64,000 nucleotides of DNA from Lobosporangium transversale (GCF_002105155.1 NW_019029000.1:434001-498000); one strand, 5' to 3'. Shown: positions 45,005 through 58,736, numbered from the stretch's first letter. Made by a program: numbers and translations. Notes: generated from the sequence alone by a model not told the origin.

Positions 45005-46274
45005 ATGGCTACAACAAGAGCAAGCATTATCTGCTACTACGACTTGATTTCGCCTTACACCTACATGGGTGTTAAGCTGTTCAGTCGTTTCCGTAAACAA
45101 TGGCCCTCTGTCGATGTCACCTTCACTCCCATTCTCCTTGGTGGGGTCATGAATGTAATATAGTTAAAAAATAAAAACCATCGTTTAGTTTAATTAACTG
45201 ATCATTTTTACACTCTATCCATCTATCCAAGTCAAACGTTGAAATTCTCACTTTTTTCTTCAACCATATAAAACCCATAGGCTGTCAAGAACAGGCCTCT
45301 GTTTGAATTCCCATCCAAAAGGAATCACATGGTCAGTTTTTTTAGTAACAAGCTCTTAGTTTATAAAAAAAGCTATCGCCTTGCAGCCCTGCTTGCTTAC
45401 TTGAAAACCGTGAGAAACTTTTTAAAATATCAATGATAGATCGCTGATCTGGACAGGATCAGTGCAGTGACAGGTGTACCATTCAAATTCCCCGAAAACT
45501 TTCCTGTGAACACAGTCTTACCCATGCGAGTCTTGACGGCTTTACAGTTGCATGAAGCAGCCGAAAAATACGAACAGTGTATTGACAAGGTACCAAAAAA
45601 AAAAAATTCCAAGCTCATTAGACACAAATAATCATCCGATCATTAGACCACGTGGTGTGATTTAAAATCATTCCACAGCATCTTCATCTACGATGACTGC
45701 GCTGCAAAAAGACTTCACATGGGACTCGGTTCACAATTCATGGCTTTATTCGTGTATAAGCACCATAAAAACTAATTTTTTTTTTTTTTTTTTTTTCCTC
45801 CACAAAACAAAGCTGTTTGTAAGTTGGTCGTTTTTGTCGTTCTTAGAGATGATTGGACTATACAATAACATTGTTTGATTTTCTTGACGATTACATAAAA
45901 AAATCCTTATTGACCTGCTCATCCCTTTCTTAATCCTTTAGGATGAATACTTTGTGCATGGTCGAAATATTTCCCAAACAGATGTGATTCATGCCGCATT
46001 GATGCCCCTCTTCAATTCGGACGCGAACAAGGTTGATTCTTATCTTCAACTTGCTACTCAGCCTGAGATCAAACAGATCTTCAAGGAGAACACAGACAAA
46101 GCTGTCGCAAGAGGCGTCTTTGGCGCTCCTACATTCATCGTCAAGAAGGCTGGCGAGCCAGATGATAAAGAGTATCTGTTCTTTGGCTCCGATCGGTTCG
46201 AGATGATCGCTGCCTTCCTCGGCCTCCCATATCCCGGTTTGCTTTCCAGAGATAGAAACAGTGCCAAGCTGTAA
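45005..46274 (+). CDS. Glutathione S-transferase kappa / HCCA-isomerase (DsbA-fold) protein; exons 45005-45154, 45281-45331, 45440-45589, 45813-45818, 45942-46274
   Basis: YYDLISPYTY, PILLGGVM, FPVNTVLPMRVL, ENTDKAVARGVFGAPTF, FFGSDRF; all junctions phase 0. C-terminal -AKL fits a PTS1 peroxisomal signal. Confidence 0.9.
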
Positions 46275-46445
46275 AGAAAAATAAGCGGACTATCAATTAG
46301 GAATGGAGCTTTTTTTTCTTTTTATTCAATAAATGTAAAAAAATTGGATACAGAAAAAGGAGTGTACGTCGCATGCTACAACATTTGTTATCCTATAGCA
46401 CTAAAGTATAATAACTCTTTGAGTATCCTCCATATTTTTTCTCCT

Positions 46446-46589
46446 TCAAAGGTATCCTTCGTCAACAACCTTGTGAGGCTTAATGCTCCAAATTTCATCA
46501 GCATACTCCTTGATCGAGCGGTCCCTGGTATAAGCGTGACAAAAACAGGATAGTTTGGTTATAATTAATAAACACTTTTATCCATCAAG

Positions 46590-46629
<40 letters not shown>

Positions 46630-49600
46630 ATATCAAAACACAATGACTTACGATGAGAACTTGCCCATATTGGCCGTGCATCTAATAGACTTCTTGGCCC
46701 ACTCCTCTTGGTCCTTGTAAGCTGCATCGACCTGCTGGTTTGCTGCGATATACGAGGCAAAGTCTGCTGAAATCAAGTAAAAGTCTTTACCAACTGTCAA
46801 TGTGCTGATTAAGGGTTGGAAGATCTTTGGATCATCGAACGTTCCTCTCTCAATTGCGGAAATGACACCCTGTAGAGCAGGGTCCATGGGTACTCCACGA
46901 TATCTAATATTTTATGTCATGAAGGGTTAGAACTTTGCAAACCATAGAAACAGATGGAGTGGTTTAAAGTCTAGCATCAAGTAATTCGTTTTCGCACCTC
47001 TGAGCGTGACGAAGATCCTCCACTTCATGAGCCATGCAACCGAAAATGAAGATGTTATCTTCACCAATTTCCTCCAAGATTTCAATGTTGGCTCCATCAA
47101 GGGTTCCAATGATGAGACCTCCGTTCAGTACAAACTTCATGTTGGAAGTACCTGAGGCCTCAGTACCAGCAGTCGAAATGTGCTAGAAATAGGGTAGCAT
47201 TATATAAAGCGGATCGTGTTATATAATAGCTCATGTTGCTTACTCTTTTTTTTTTTTTTTTTTTTTTTTTTCTATTTCCTACCTGAGAGATATCGCTGGC
47301 AGGGACAATGACTTCAGCAACCGAGACATTATAATCAGGGATAAACACAACCTTTAGTAGATCACCAACAGCAGGATCCTGGTTCACGACAGAAGCAACG
47401 CTATTGATAAGCTTAATAACCAATTTAGCGATGTAGTATCCAGGTGCAGCCTTTCCGCCAAAGATGACTACACGAGGCTGAACACTGGCCTTTTGAGCAG
47501 GGCTCAATGACTTGATGGTGCGGTAGCGGTGGATCACGCTGAAGTAACGTAAAAAAAGTCAATTCGCAAACCGTTTATAGTCAAAAATTACGGTAGATGA
47601 AACAGTCGATAGTGGCAAGAAATGAACACTTACTACAGGATATTCATGAACTGACGCTTATACTCGTGGATACGCTTGACTTGAACATCAAATAGAGCAT
47701 CAGGACTGACCTCAAAATCACAGCGAGACTTGATAAGCTCAGCAAGACGAACCTTGTTGCTACGTTTAATCTCCATCCACTTCTTTCTAAACTCCGGATC
47801 ATCAGCCTTGGAGTTGAGACCCTTAAGCAGGGAGAGTTCCTTTAGCCACTTATCACTACCAAGTGTCTTAGTAATGAGGGCACTAAGGTTGGGGTTGGCC
47901 TGGTGTAACCAACGTCTAGGGGTAATACCGTTGGTCTTGTTAACAAACTTGTCTTCACCATAGTAAGTTACGAAATCTTTAAAGATCTGTTTGAGAGCAT
48001 TGTGAAAAGAAAAAATTAGCAAATGGAGCGCTGAATTGAAAAGATAAGACTCAGATCTCAGGTTGTGACTTACGGTTGTCTTGATAAGGTTGGAATGGAG
48101 AGCAGCGACTCCGTTGACTTTATGAGAACCGACAACAGCCAAGTGCGCCATGCGGATCTGCTGAGGCTGAGCTTCCTCAATGATCGACATTCGATTTAAG
48201 AGACCACGGTCATTGGGAAACTTCTTTTCGACCTTTTGCAGGAAGAACTGTTTGTGATAAAAGAGATTAACAAGATGATGTCAGTGAAAAGATTATACAA
48301 TATCTGTTGCTCTTTGTAAGAATCAAGCCTTTTTTTACCAAGTTGATATCGAAAATGATCTGGAGGTGTCTGGGCAGAAGATACTCAAACATTGGGACAG
48401 ACCACTTCTCCATAGCCTCGGGAAGGACCGTATGGTTAGTGAAGGCAAATGTCTTCGTTACAATATCCCATGCATCGTCCCAATTCAACATCTCTTCATC
48501 TACCAAGAGACGCTGAAGCTCAACAATGGCCAGAGTAGGATGAGTGTCGTTTAGTTGGATGGCCACCTGGTCAGGGAAATCCGACCACTCACGCATCGAC
48601 TTCTTGAAACGACGGACAATATCATGAAGAGAAGCGGCCGTCCAGAAGTATTGCTGCTTGAGACGAAGTTCTTTTCCAGCCATGGTATTATCATTGGGGT
48701 AAAGGACGCTTGTGATTTTCTCTGCATTGGTGGCATCCTCAACCGATTTTTCGTAGTTACCCTCGTTGAAGCTGGTCAAGTCAAAGACCTTAGTAGGCTT
48801 GCTGCGCCAGAGACGAATATTGTTACAATTCTCAGTATGATATCCAGGGATCGGTACATCGTAGGCGATGGCCTGGACGTTCGTTCCAGGGATCCAGTTG
48901 TGGCGAGTTTGACCATACTCATCCTGAGTAGTCTGAACATGTCCGCCGAAACCGATCTGGATCGAAATATCAAGGCGGGGCAACTCCCAAGGATTGTCAA
49001 AGTTCAGCCAGTAATCTGGATACTCAGTCTGGTAGCCATCCACAATTCTTAATAGCAATGAAAGCATATGGAGAAAGGGTAAGTGTCAGTACAAGGCCTG
49101 TTTAATATGTATGCGGTGTTAAATAAAACATCGACGAGAACGTGTTGATTCTGGTCATACCTCTGCTGGAAGATGCCATAGTTGTAGCGAAGGCCATAGC
49201 CCCAGGCAGGATAATCAAGTGTAGCCAGCGAGTCCATGAAACAAGCAGCAAGGCGACCAAGACCACCATTTCCGAGCGCAGCATCAACCTCAGACTCGAT
49301 CACATCTTCCATATGGAAGCCGAGCTGTTCGATACCCTCTGATTTGGATTATAGTGAATAGTGTGAGAAGAACATTTATATATAAAGGCTGTGTTAACTA
49401 TTATTGTGCAGAGCTAGACACGAAACCGCTCCTTACAACAATTTCAAACTGTAAGCAGGTGGATAAGGGGTTTGCTACTTACTTCCATAAGTTTCCTTCA
49501 AGCCCATGTTAAGGAGAGCATTGTCCATAGAACGGCCGAGCAAGAATTCGAGCGAAAGGTAGTAAACACGCTTGGGATTGACCTTTGACAATTGCTACTC

Positions 49601-50682
49601 ACAATAAAAGGTGTTACATAAATGATATCAATAATCAGTGTTTGATTGAGTGTTTTGGTTTCACTTTGTGTCCACCAAAAAGAATTGGACCTGAGCCTTT
49701 TGACCTCATCGTTCTGAGGGAGTGCCGTCACTGACTATTCTTTAACAAATGTTCGAACTTTTTTTTCTCTTCTCATGAGTTGGCATCGTTTTTCGATTTT
49801 ATGAAGAGGATATTAAATGGAAGAATCTTGGGGTAACATGCGCATGAGATACCTGATAACCCACAATATTCCCACGTCCCTCAGTTTTCACACATTTTAA
49901 TAAAAGAAGAAATTCATTGGTCCAGAATGCCACTTACTCCTTGTGTTTCATTCCAGCGACTAATAAGACGGTCGCGGGCGCTGTTCGTGAGACAGAAGGG
50001 GGGAAAAGTAAAGTGAAAAATAGAACAATGGTCAACAATGGTCAGGGAATAGTTGAAATAGAGGGGTGTCGTTGCAAACTAAGCTATCGAGTTAGAAGAG
50101 CTCATAGTATTACAACCAACATACCTGAGAGCAACAGCCTGGTAGGCGGTAAAATTGTCCATATTGTATGCTGCACGGGCCAACGTTGTAGTGACATGAT
50201 GGACGATGCTCTTTTGGATCGTCTCAATGTCTATTTTTATTAGACATTGGTATTAATGATAAGGTACAGAAGAAAGACAAAAGTTGGACCCAAAAATATA
50301 AAAAAACCAACATAAAAAAAAAATAGAAAATCGTGAGAAAATCACCAAATGATGAACTTACCATTAGCCTCCTTCTTGCTCAACTTTTCCCAAAGCTGGA
50401 CAGTCTCTTTGGGCCATTTTGCTCTTTCGGCATCAAGTTCCTTGGGAGTCAGACCTAAAGATCAAATCCACCATATTTCGAGCATTCCAATTTTAAGGGG
50501 GGGGGAAGAAAATTTACAGCTCGAATGCCAATTAATTGGAGAGAGCAATGGTAATGTAGGGCTCTTAATGGACGCGTTTAGACTTGTGAAGTATTATCAG
50601 ACCATTTACCTGTGAAGTTGCGTCGATGATGCATAGGTCTCTTGGGGACCGTGCTGTTTTCGGGCTTCTTGGCTTCGGCCAT
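46446..50682 (-). CDS. GPH1: Glycogen phosphorylase; 13 exons: 50682-50610, 50454-50362, 50230-50125, 49980-49938, 49594-49483, 49338-49161, 49047-48339, 48247-48074, 47986-47634, 47538-47283, 47182-46998, 46903-46652, 46524-46446
   Basis: [50 protein letters not shown] site [24 protein letters not shown]-terminal HRRNFTG resembles the fungal regulatory phospho-Thr motif. Confidence 0.96.
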
Positions 50683-51005
50683 TGTAAAGCAGTTTTTTTT
50701 TTTTTCTTGTTGATGCTGTAGAGCGAGAGAAAGAGAGAAGAAGACTGGAGCAATGTACTTGCGTGTGTGTGGGAACTGAATGAGGGGAATGAGGAGAGAA
50801 AGAAGAGACGAAATGAGAAAGAATAAAAAGAACTCTATGTGACGTGACGGCATAATTGCACGCAGATGCATGGATCCATCGGGGTAAGAACACGACGCAC
50901 GGTTGAGCGTGAGTAAAAAAAAAAATGCGAATAACTTATAATAACGTGTTGCTTCTTTTTGTTTGAGTTTTATTAAGTAATGTAAAATTACCACCTCCTT
51001 AAACT

Positions 51006-52652
51006 CTACGCGTTTGGCGATGTATTCTCTTCTGAAGTGATCTGTTGAGGCCACCAGGTCGGGAAGAATCCCTTGGCATGGATAGTTGCACCTTCGCGAT
51101 CCATAACATCGAATATGATTCCGTTAGCAATATCATCTAACTTGACTAACGCCAAGCCAATGTTGCCTACGTTTGATCCAGTCTTGCCTGATGCCCTAAC
51201 TGGTCTTGCAGAAGAGGACGAAGCCGCTGGTTGCTGTTGCTTTATATCCTCTTTCTTCTTGGAAGGAAATAGCTCAGACTGTGGTGGAATTACACGCGAC
51301 GCGTTCTTATCGAACTGAATTGAAGCCGGTTCGCTATCAGAGTATAGTCATGTAGACATATCAATATTGCTTTATCTATTGATGCCAAGCGCATTAGTGA
51401 GCACACACTTACGGCTCGTTGGGCCCAAAATATTGAATGGGCAATACTCTTTTTCGAATGATTCCTTTATGATGTGTACGAATAGTTAGTTCTTGACCAA
51501 CATAGCATCCTTTTCTGAAGTCGACTATTTGAAAGTAAATATCAATCAGTTGTCAATTAGCCGAAATAGTCAATGCCGCCGCAAGTAGACTAGTTCAATA
51601 ATGAAGACATTTATCAAATCTAACCCCAGTTTGCTCTATAATTACCTCCGTTCATGAAATCGATGTTGTACTCTAAAGGAAGACTTGTTCCCGCAATAAA
51701 ATCATCGATTCCTTCTGGAACACCGTTAATGATCCTTCGCACATGGTACTCCTCCAATGTTCCTTGATTGTATCCTTCTGGGAGTGATACTAAAAAGATT
51801 ATGCATCAAATGAATGAAGGAATCCTTACTTTAAGCCTTCTTCTTTTTCTGCCTGCCTCTCGGTTTGCTCTACAACTGGATTATTGGGCGTAAACTTACA
51901 GGATTGTCCCTTAGGAACTACGACTCTAAATCCCATCCGACTGTCTGCTCTGGTATCTAACATGCCAATAGTGGCGTTCATTCTATGAATTCGATCCATT
52001 ACTGAAGCATTATCGGGCATTATCTTGTCGTACTTTTTGTAATCAAGTCCTTGAGGATGATCCAGTACGGAGTACACATCAAAGGATTCTGTCACGCCAA
52101 CCATCTTGACCTTGGAGCGCAGCACAAACCGAGCAATGTGCTTATGCAGCTCTGGAAGAGCTCTGGCATCGCATTCAATCAAAAAAGCTGGGTCGGACTC
52201 ATCCTTACTCGTATTCATGGGGTGGATGAACGTATCATACATTACCCTTCCCTTCCACAAACAAATAGCAATAGTCGAAAAGAGTTGCTTTCGTCATTAC
52301 CATGTGCCGGTTGGACGCAAACGAAACAATTTTTTTTTTTACAGTTGTCCAGTTGTCATACCTTAGGATTGAGGAATGCAGCAAGAAATCCACTACCACC
52401 ATTCTCAATGCGCGGCATGTGGTTGGTGATCAATCCTTGCAGGAACTTTGAAGCATCTTTGCCCCGAATCTCGAGCAGACCGCGTGTTGGGAGATGAATA
52501 TATGATCCAGCAGCGGGTGCTGTTGAGATGAACCGTGTTCGATTTAAAGGCAAAGAATCATAACATGAACGAACAGGAAGTCTCTGGCCAGCTGACCCAA
52601 TGCAAGACAAGAAACTGAAAGGGTTTAGTTTGATTCGCGGAGCGATGATCAT
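51006..52652 (-). CDS. IBA57: IBA57/CAF17 (YgfZ family) mitochondrial Fe-S assembly factor; exons 52652-52362, 52251-51900, 51789-51646, 51524-51413, 51333-51006
   Basis: [42 protein letters not shown], signature [19 protein letters not shown]-terminal PTWWP. Confidence 0.93.
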
Positions 52653-52848
52653 GACGAGAATGTGAGAGATTGTGATGCTATGGATTTCGGCCTACGCGAA
52701 AGTCTCAGGAGACCAAGTATTTACTCGAAGTTAATAATCAAAGTTTCATGCACAGCGCAGTCTATTTATTATTTGACAGGGACAGTTTGCGATGCTCCGA
52801 TTGTCACTCCTTAATCTGTACATCAGAAAGTTTCCACTAGAAAGAGAA

Positions 52849-55438
52849 ATGGAAAACACAAGAATGTGGATCCATCACGCACCATACTTCCTGCGAGCCT
52901 CCATTTTAAATCTAAATCAAGTACAACCGCCGAGTGTACTGGTGAATGTCTACACATACATCAAATCAAATGAGAGGGCGGGCAAATTAACAATACATTT
53001 GCATGAACAACTGAAAATTGTTAGTCAGTGTTCAAAACAACCTACAATCCTGATTTTCCAACACCTTTGCTCGAGCAAGGGTGGAAGGTTGGTGAGATGG
53101 ATACGGCCCATGACATGTAAATATAAGGAATATAAGACTAAGGCTCGGAGTAGAGCTAATGTATTATTCGTTTTTGGTTCAAGTTAGGATGCAACCACAT
53201 CTAATCATATATGATGTCGCCCTGGAGCTGTTAGAGTGTCACTGCGTGGAACCCGGGGAACAGTCTCTTATTGCCCGTCTCGGACTGAGTCTTTCGCTCG
53301 TGCAACGTATGCTGAAACTTTGAATCCAAATGCCTTTTTTTTTCCTATTAGCCTCTCAAGCTTACTTTGTATTTCTTTCTCATTTAAAAATCATAGTCTG
53401 CCAAGTTGTCTCTAGCTCATCAATAGTTATTGCGTGCAAGACCAATATACGAGGTTCTGTCAATGGCTTCAATTTATTTGAGTGGACTCCTAGCAAACAA
53501 AGACTACTTCAAGCTCGCCTCGAAACAGATCACATTGCGGGAATTAATGGGAGTTTCCAAAAGCAATCTTGGAGTGTAATCTTTACCGATCCAAACCAGA
53601 CCGGTGCTGTGAGAGCTTTGGGCTCGGCGATTATGAGTAATACATTTGACTCAAAGGCGCCGCAACTTACTATGCATATTACTGCAATATGCCCACAGTA
53701 CAAGCAAAATGTGAAATACGTCTTTTTATCCCTACGACACCAGGCCTCATTTAATAATTCCGATCAACCATCTCATATTGAAGAACCAACTCAAATGTGG
53801 GTGCAGACACAATCCAACGAACTTGCCTTTTTTCAGCGGGGCTCCTTGCAGTGGAGCACTGCCCTGCCCACATCTGTTGAGAAAATGTAAGTTAAATGGA
53901 TGGTATGCGCTGTGTTAGTCTTATGGCCTGCTCTCGAGTCCCATGTTGCTCTGTATTAAATATAAGCTCTCTGTAGATTTATAGCGGAATGTCAGGTTCC
54001 TGATAAGCTATCTCAGCTATGTCTACTAGTCCGTTTTGACGAGACTCTTCGGGTATACAATTCAATCACAGGAGGAATAATAAAGGATTTGTCTATAACC
54101 ATGAGCGACTTCATCATATCCGACGTTAGAGAACTAGGCGTGAAATCTATTGTAATCATAAACAATGGCGAGCTGCAATCAGATGAGCAATGCCTAATTT
54201 ATCCAGAAACAACAATCAGCACAGTAGCTACGCCAGTTAAAAAAGCTACACATGAAGATATCACCCGCGCAAAGACCAATATGGACCATGTGCTCATGAC
54301 ATTAGGGCAACAAATAGAGCACAAACGTGAACAGATTGGACGACTGCGCACATCTCTGACCAGCAAGAGCGAGATCATCCAAGAGTGCCAGGACTTGATG
54401 ACGGGGCCGCTGCAATCTATGTTCCTCACAGGAGGCGGGTCATATATGTCAATTGATGGTACATTTGGACCAGAAGACATGACCTTATTTCGAAGGAAAC
54501 GAGAGCATCGTCGGAAACAGGTGCTTAAACGTTTAGTTCATATTATAGGTAGTGGCGTAGATACGAATTTTCTTCAGAAAGAGGACCAGTATGAGTCGAA
54601 CGACGGAGATGTTGCTCCGCATGGTTTTGTGGACATCTTGGAATGCGTATCAGGAAGCCATGTATTCATTGAAGATAATCTGGTGTGGGTAGGAGTCCGG
54701 GTCAAGAACATGTATGAAAGTCCAATATTCAACGTTCGTTTGTCTGTTTTACTTCAGAACTCGTGTGGACAGAGTATTTCGGAATTAGGATCTCAAGCCA
54801 ATGGCTTGCTCGTTTGCACTATTTCGATAGAATCTTCAGCTCTTGAGGATAGTGAATACTTTGACAAGTCTAGTGCTGTGAGACGAATTCTTTCAAATGG
54901 AATCCTGCTACACTTTGACCGAAAGTCAGTACAGAGCTTTGATGTTGATATTCCACATCGCACAGTACTGATCACTCGGTTCTCTATTGTGGATCAATAC
55001 CCCTCAATATGGCGTCCGTATCTAGGTAATCATAATAGGTCTATAAGCAGCGATGAATATGTGTATGACGATCAATACTTCTTCCAGATGATGGTATTTA
55101 TTTCTTCTTTTCTTCTTTTCTGTTGCTGCTGCTGTTGCCTCTATCCCTTTGTAGAAAATATAGTCCTTCATGCAAAGACTGGGTGCCGCCTTGACAATAT
55201 AAGCCTCCAAAGGCTCTCAATACTGTTGCAGGACGGCCTCAGATTGTCACATGGAGTGGACAGTCTGTCATTTGGATCATTGGAAGAAGGTGTGATTGCC
55301 TTGATTTATCCACGTTCTGGCATGGTTAAATTAAACACAGATCATACTTCATGGAATGTCATTTTCAAGGCACGGACGGAGGCACTCGCAATAAACTATG
55401 CAAGGAGGACAGTCTTACTCTGTTCTCGTTTCGCGTAA
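52849..55438 (+). CDS. Beta-propeller / coiled-coil / beta-sandwich protein, putative FANCB-like; exons approx. 52849-~53087 (possible extra intron), 53188-53306, 53397-53886, 53977-55025, 55155-55438
   Basis: Frames join through GT-AG introns. Ordered segments VQTQSNELAFFQRG...LP, DFIISDVRELGVKSIVII, coiled coil LGQQIEHKREQIGRLRTSLTSKSEIIQEC and IEDNLVWVGV...NVRLSVLL resemble vertebrate FANCB as recalled. Gene existence is more certain than its identity. Confidence 0.6.
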
Positions 55439-56266
55439 TTACATAAACTACAACCTTTACTAACGCAAGTATGGATCGGATATAGAGTTCGCTTTTTTCA
55501 AGCAAAGCGTAGTTCTGTGCTTATTTTTTTTTTATTTTTATTTTTTTAAAGTGACTATTGTTTGTGTATGTAAAATAACTGATGTATTCATGTCCTCGTA
55601 TATACAAGTCAGATTATGCATTGGAGAAAACAAGTTTAATGGTTCTTGGATTGTTTACTTTAAAAGTATTAGCGCCATTTTCTCTTTTCTAACTCAAGGG
55701 ACCTCTTTATTAAACATTTTGTGAAGAGGGTCTAACTAAAAAAGGAAAGCAAAAGTCGTTCTGAAGAGAAAAAACTCATTCGGTGCATCGCCTCCTTGTG
55801 ATTTTCCAATAGCCCACCACAATCCATATTATATCTCTTTCTAGATTCTGTGTGGAAAAGTGATATCAACTGCCGAATTGACAACCTGTTTTATCGCGAC
55901 ACATTTTTAATACCTGACAAAGTCTCGCTGAGGCTTAACTATTTCTTCTTTTTCTTTTCTTCTTTTCCTTTCTATGATATATGTATGTTGATTGCTTCGA
56001 ATTCTTAAGTCTTCATGTAATTTGTGCCAAAAATAAGTGATTCGGCTGCTATTAATCAAATTTTGGCGTATACTATGATGCCAAGAAATAAATTGGTTCG
56101 TCCATTGTTTCTCAGATGCAAATGGAAGAAGTTTAAAAAAGGTGCTGATTAAGGTTATATATAAGGTCTAGATAACATTGATTTAGACAACGTTGACCGT
56201 ATTGACTATGAAACAGAATCCTTGCAAACAGCGAAATTCGTCGCTAATGTTTAATGCTGCGTATTT

Positions 56267-56303
<37 letters not shown>

Positions 56304-58670
56304 TTTGGTTGCAAAAATATTTCTACTTCTAATACAGAATATGATGATTGACGCCAGTGACTCCTTCACAATGCATAATATTAGGCAATAGATTTGTTTC
56401 TTTTACGCCATCCTTAAAAAAAGGTGTAACTCGAATACTAAAACCAAAGTTTAATTTTATTTCTGAAAAGGGGTAACATCCTTTGAATGGATCGGGAAGC
56501 AAGCGAGATCTGGTTTGATCATTGGTTGGTATTGAGCACACAAAAAGAAAAAAGTTGGGAGGGAAGATTTTATTGCGTTTCAGCGATATACCCTTCTTAA
56601 TGAAAAGTGAGTTGTCATTTAAAAAATGTTCATATTACAATACGATCGAGAAAAGTCATCGAGTCGCTAGCTCGTAAGATCAATAACAACAATAATAGTA
56701 TAGTATTTAAGATACAAGCATATTGTTAACTCTTTATCTTGAAAATTGATTGCGATCGCATGCTATGGGTGAAATGGGAAAATAAGAAATTCATTATCAA
56801 ATACTAAGGGCTCAACACAGATCTCACCGCCCAGTTCATCGAATTAGGAAGATAAAAAGTCAAGATTGATCAGGAAAGTGAATAAAACGTGTTGTTTTAT
56901 TTGAAAAGTACGCACGTTTGCAGATCCACGTCTGTCTACCTGTTTTTAGAAAAAAAATTCCTTTAAATACCATTGCTGAGTATGACACAGATTTAGGGAT
57001 TTTTAAACCAGTACAGGATATTTCAGACATCATAAGGAGATAATATGATACCAAGATACCCTTTAGCGCTAGCCTTGTTTACCATATACACATTCTATGA
57101 GACTCAATGGAAGCCGTGATTATTAGGAGAAAGTAGAAATGGCTAGGCAGAAATATTCTGCAAGACAGTTAGATCAATTCTTGCAGGGGAAGGTTCTTGG
57201 ACCGTGCATGAGTAAACAATTCAATTATAGCAAAGTTGTCATGTACATATTTTAATGCACACTCAATTAGATAAGATGCAAATATATAACAATTGCACCC
57301 ACTTTTTTAAAAAAAAAAAACAAAATTTTAGATATTAGAGTTATCATACCATGCCTGATAGAGTCTAGTGAGGAGAGCGTTGCGGAGAAAAGAGAAGCGC
57401 GAGGATGCGTTGTTGCGAGGAATGAAACCCAAATTGACGACATTGTGTGTTTTCCAAGGCAATACCGGTCTTGCCACCTTTGTGCGAGCAGCAAACATGT
57501 TTTTACTCATTGGGATAGCCAAGAGGGTCTGTGTGAATAAGAGATTATTAATATCACGTGAGCTATCAAATGCTCCCTGACTCCTTTCTCTCACTGTCAT
57601 TGGTGCGTCCGAATTTTTTTTTTGGCATTTTACATGTCAATTGAATTGATCAGGCTAGACTCATGTTATTGTAATCTTCTCTCTCTTCTCTCTTTCCTCT
57701 CTCTCTCCTCTCACTCTTTTTATCCCATTTTTAATGTTTGTCTTACTTTATTTTCTTTCACATAAAAGTTCTTGCTAATATCTCATTTACCACATTCACT
57801 CACACATACCCACCCACGTACAACGCGCCCTTTCTCCCTCTTCTCTTTCTTATTCTCATTCCCATTTGACATCGGTTGATTTAGTTTGTTCATTGTAATC
57901 AAGTCAGTTTCTGTCCATCCATTACACTCCTGTCTTTTTTGTTTTTTTTTTTTTTTTTCTTCTTTTCATTTCTTTTTTTTTCCTTGTCTGTTCGTCTGTC
58001 TTCGTCATTCCCCTTTTTTATTTTACTTTTTTACCGTTTCCCTTTTTGTATTTTGGGCTGATGGTCACTAGTTAATCTAGTCTATTCCTCAGGCACCAAC
58101 CATAAAGATCCAAATTCCTACACCGCCTAATAAAAAAGAAAAAAAATATTTGATTTTTAAGACCCTTTTTTGTTTCTTTTTCTTTATCCGAACCAACCCA
58201 TCCGTTCTTGCATACAGCAGTGTCCATCCACCCTGAACATTCTCCCTAAAGAGCCACTTCACCCTTTCCACACTTTTAACAAGGCGTTGTAGTCAACAGT
58301 AACATTCATCTTTCTTTTTTTTTTCCACACTTTTTTTCTGCATTTTTTTTTCTTTTTCATTTCAACACCGACAAGCGACAATCAAATCAGCAACCGTTTG
58401 CCAAGGGAGGGAAAGAGAAACAAAAGGGCAGAAATCGAGCAAGTGGAACATCGCGTGGACCAGTGGAGTGGCGGTTCTTTCCTCTCTTTTCTATCAGGTG
58501 TTTTTCGGCCTTTAACTTTTTTGTATGTCCGTGTTCCATCCGTAACCGTCGCTTTGCATCGTAGACTATTGTATCACCTCTTATTTATCCCAAATATTCT
58601 TTTACTCTACCTCTCTTCTCTCTCTCCCGCACTTTCTCCTCTCCCTCCTTTACTTTTTTATCCTTTCACC

Positions 58671-58736
58671 CTGCACTTTGCACCCTGCACTCTGCACTCT
58701 GCACTCTGCATTCTACGTTCTACATTCTGCACCCTG
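58671..58736. repeat. Degenerate 7-bp tandem repeat (CTGCACT)n in the pyrimidine-rich leader of the histidine kinase gene
   Basis: ctgcact ttgcacc ctgcact ctgcact ctgcact ctgcatt ... Confidence 0.75.

Noticed and set aside
47987..48073. Stop-free 3n introns in GPH1 and in the FANCB-like gene (55026-55154) read through by the ORF track
   Set aside because: Both have good splice signals, and the GPH1 insert would interrupt a conserved region; treated as ordinary introns.
49595..49937. Suspected hidden microexon in the long GPH1 intron
   Set aside because: The acceptor at 49594 gives [20 protein letters not shown], the expected spacing, so no extra exon is needed.
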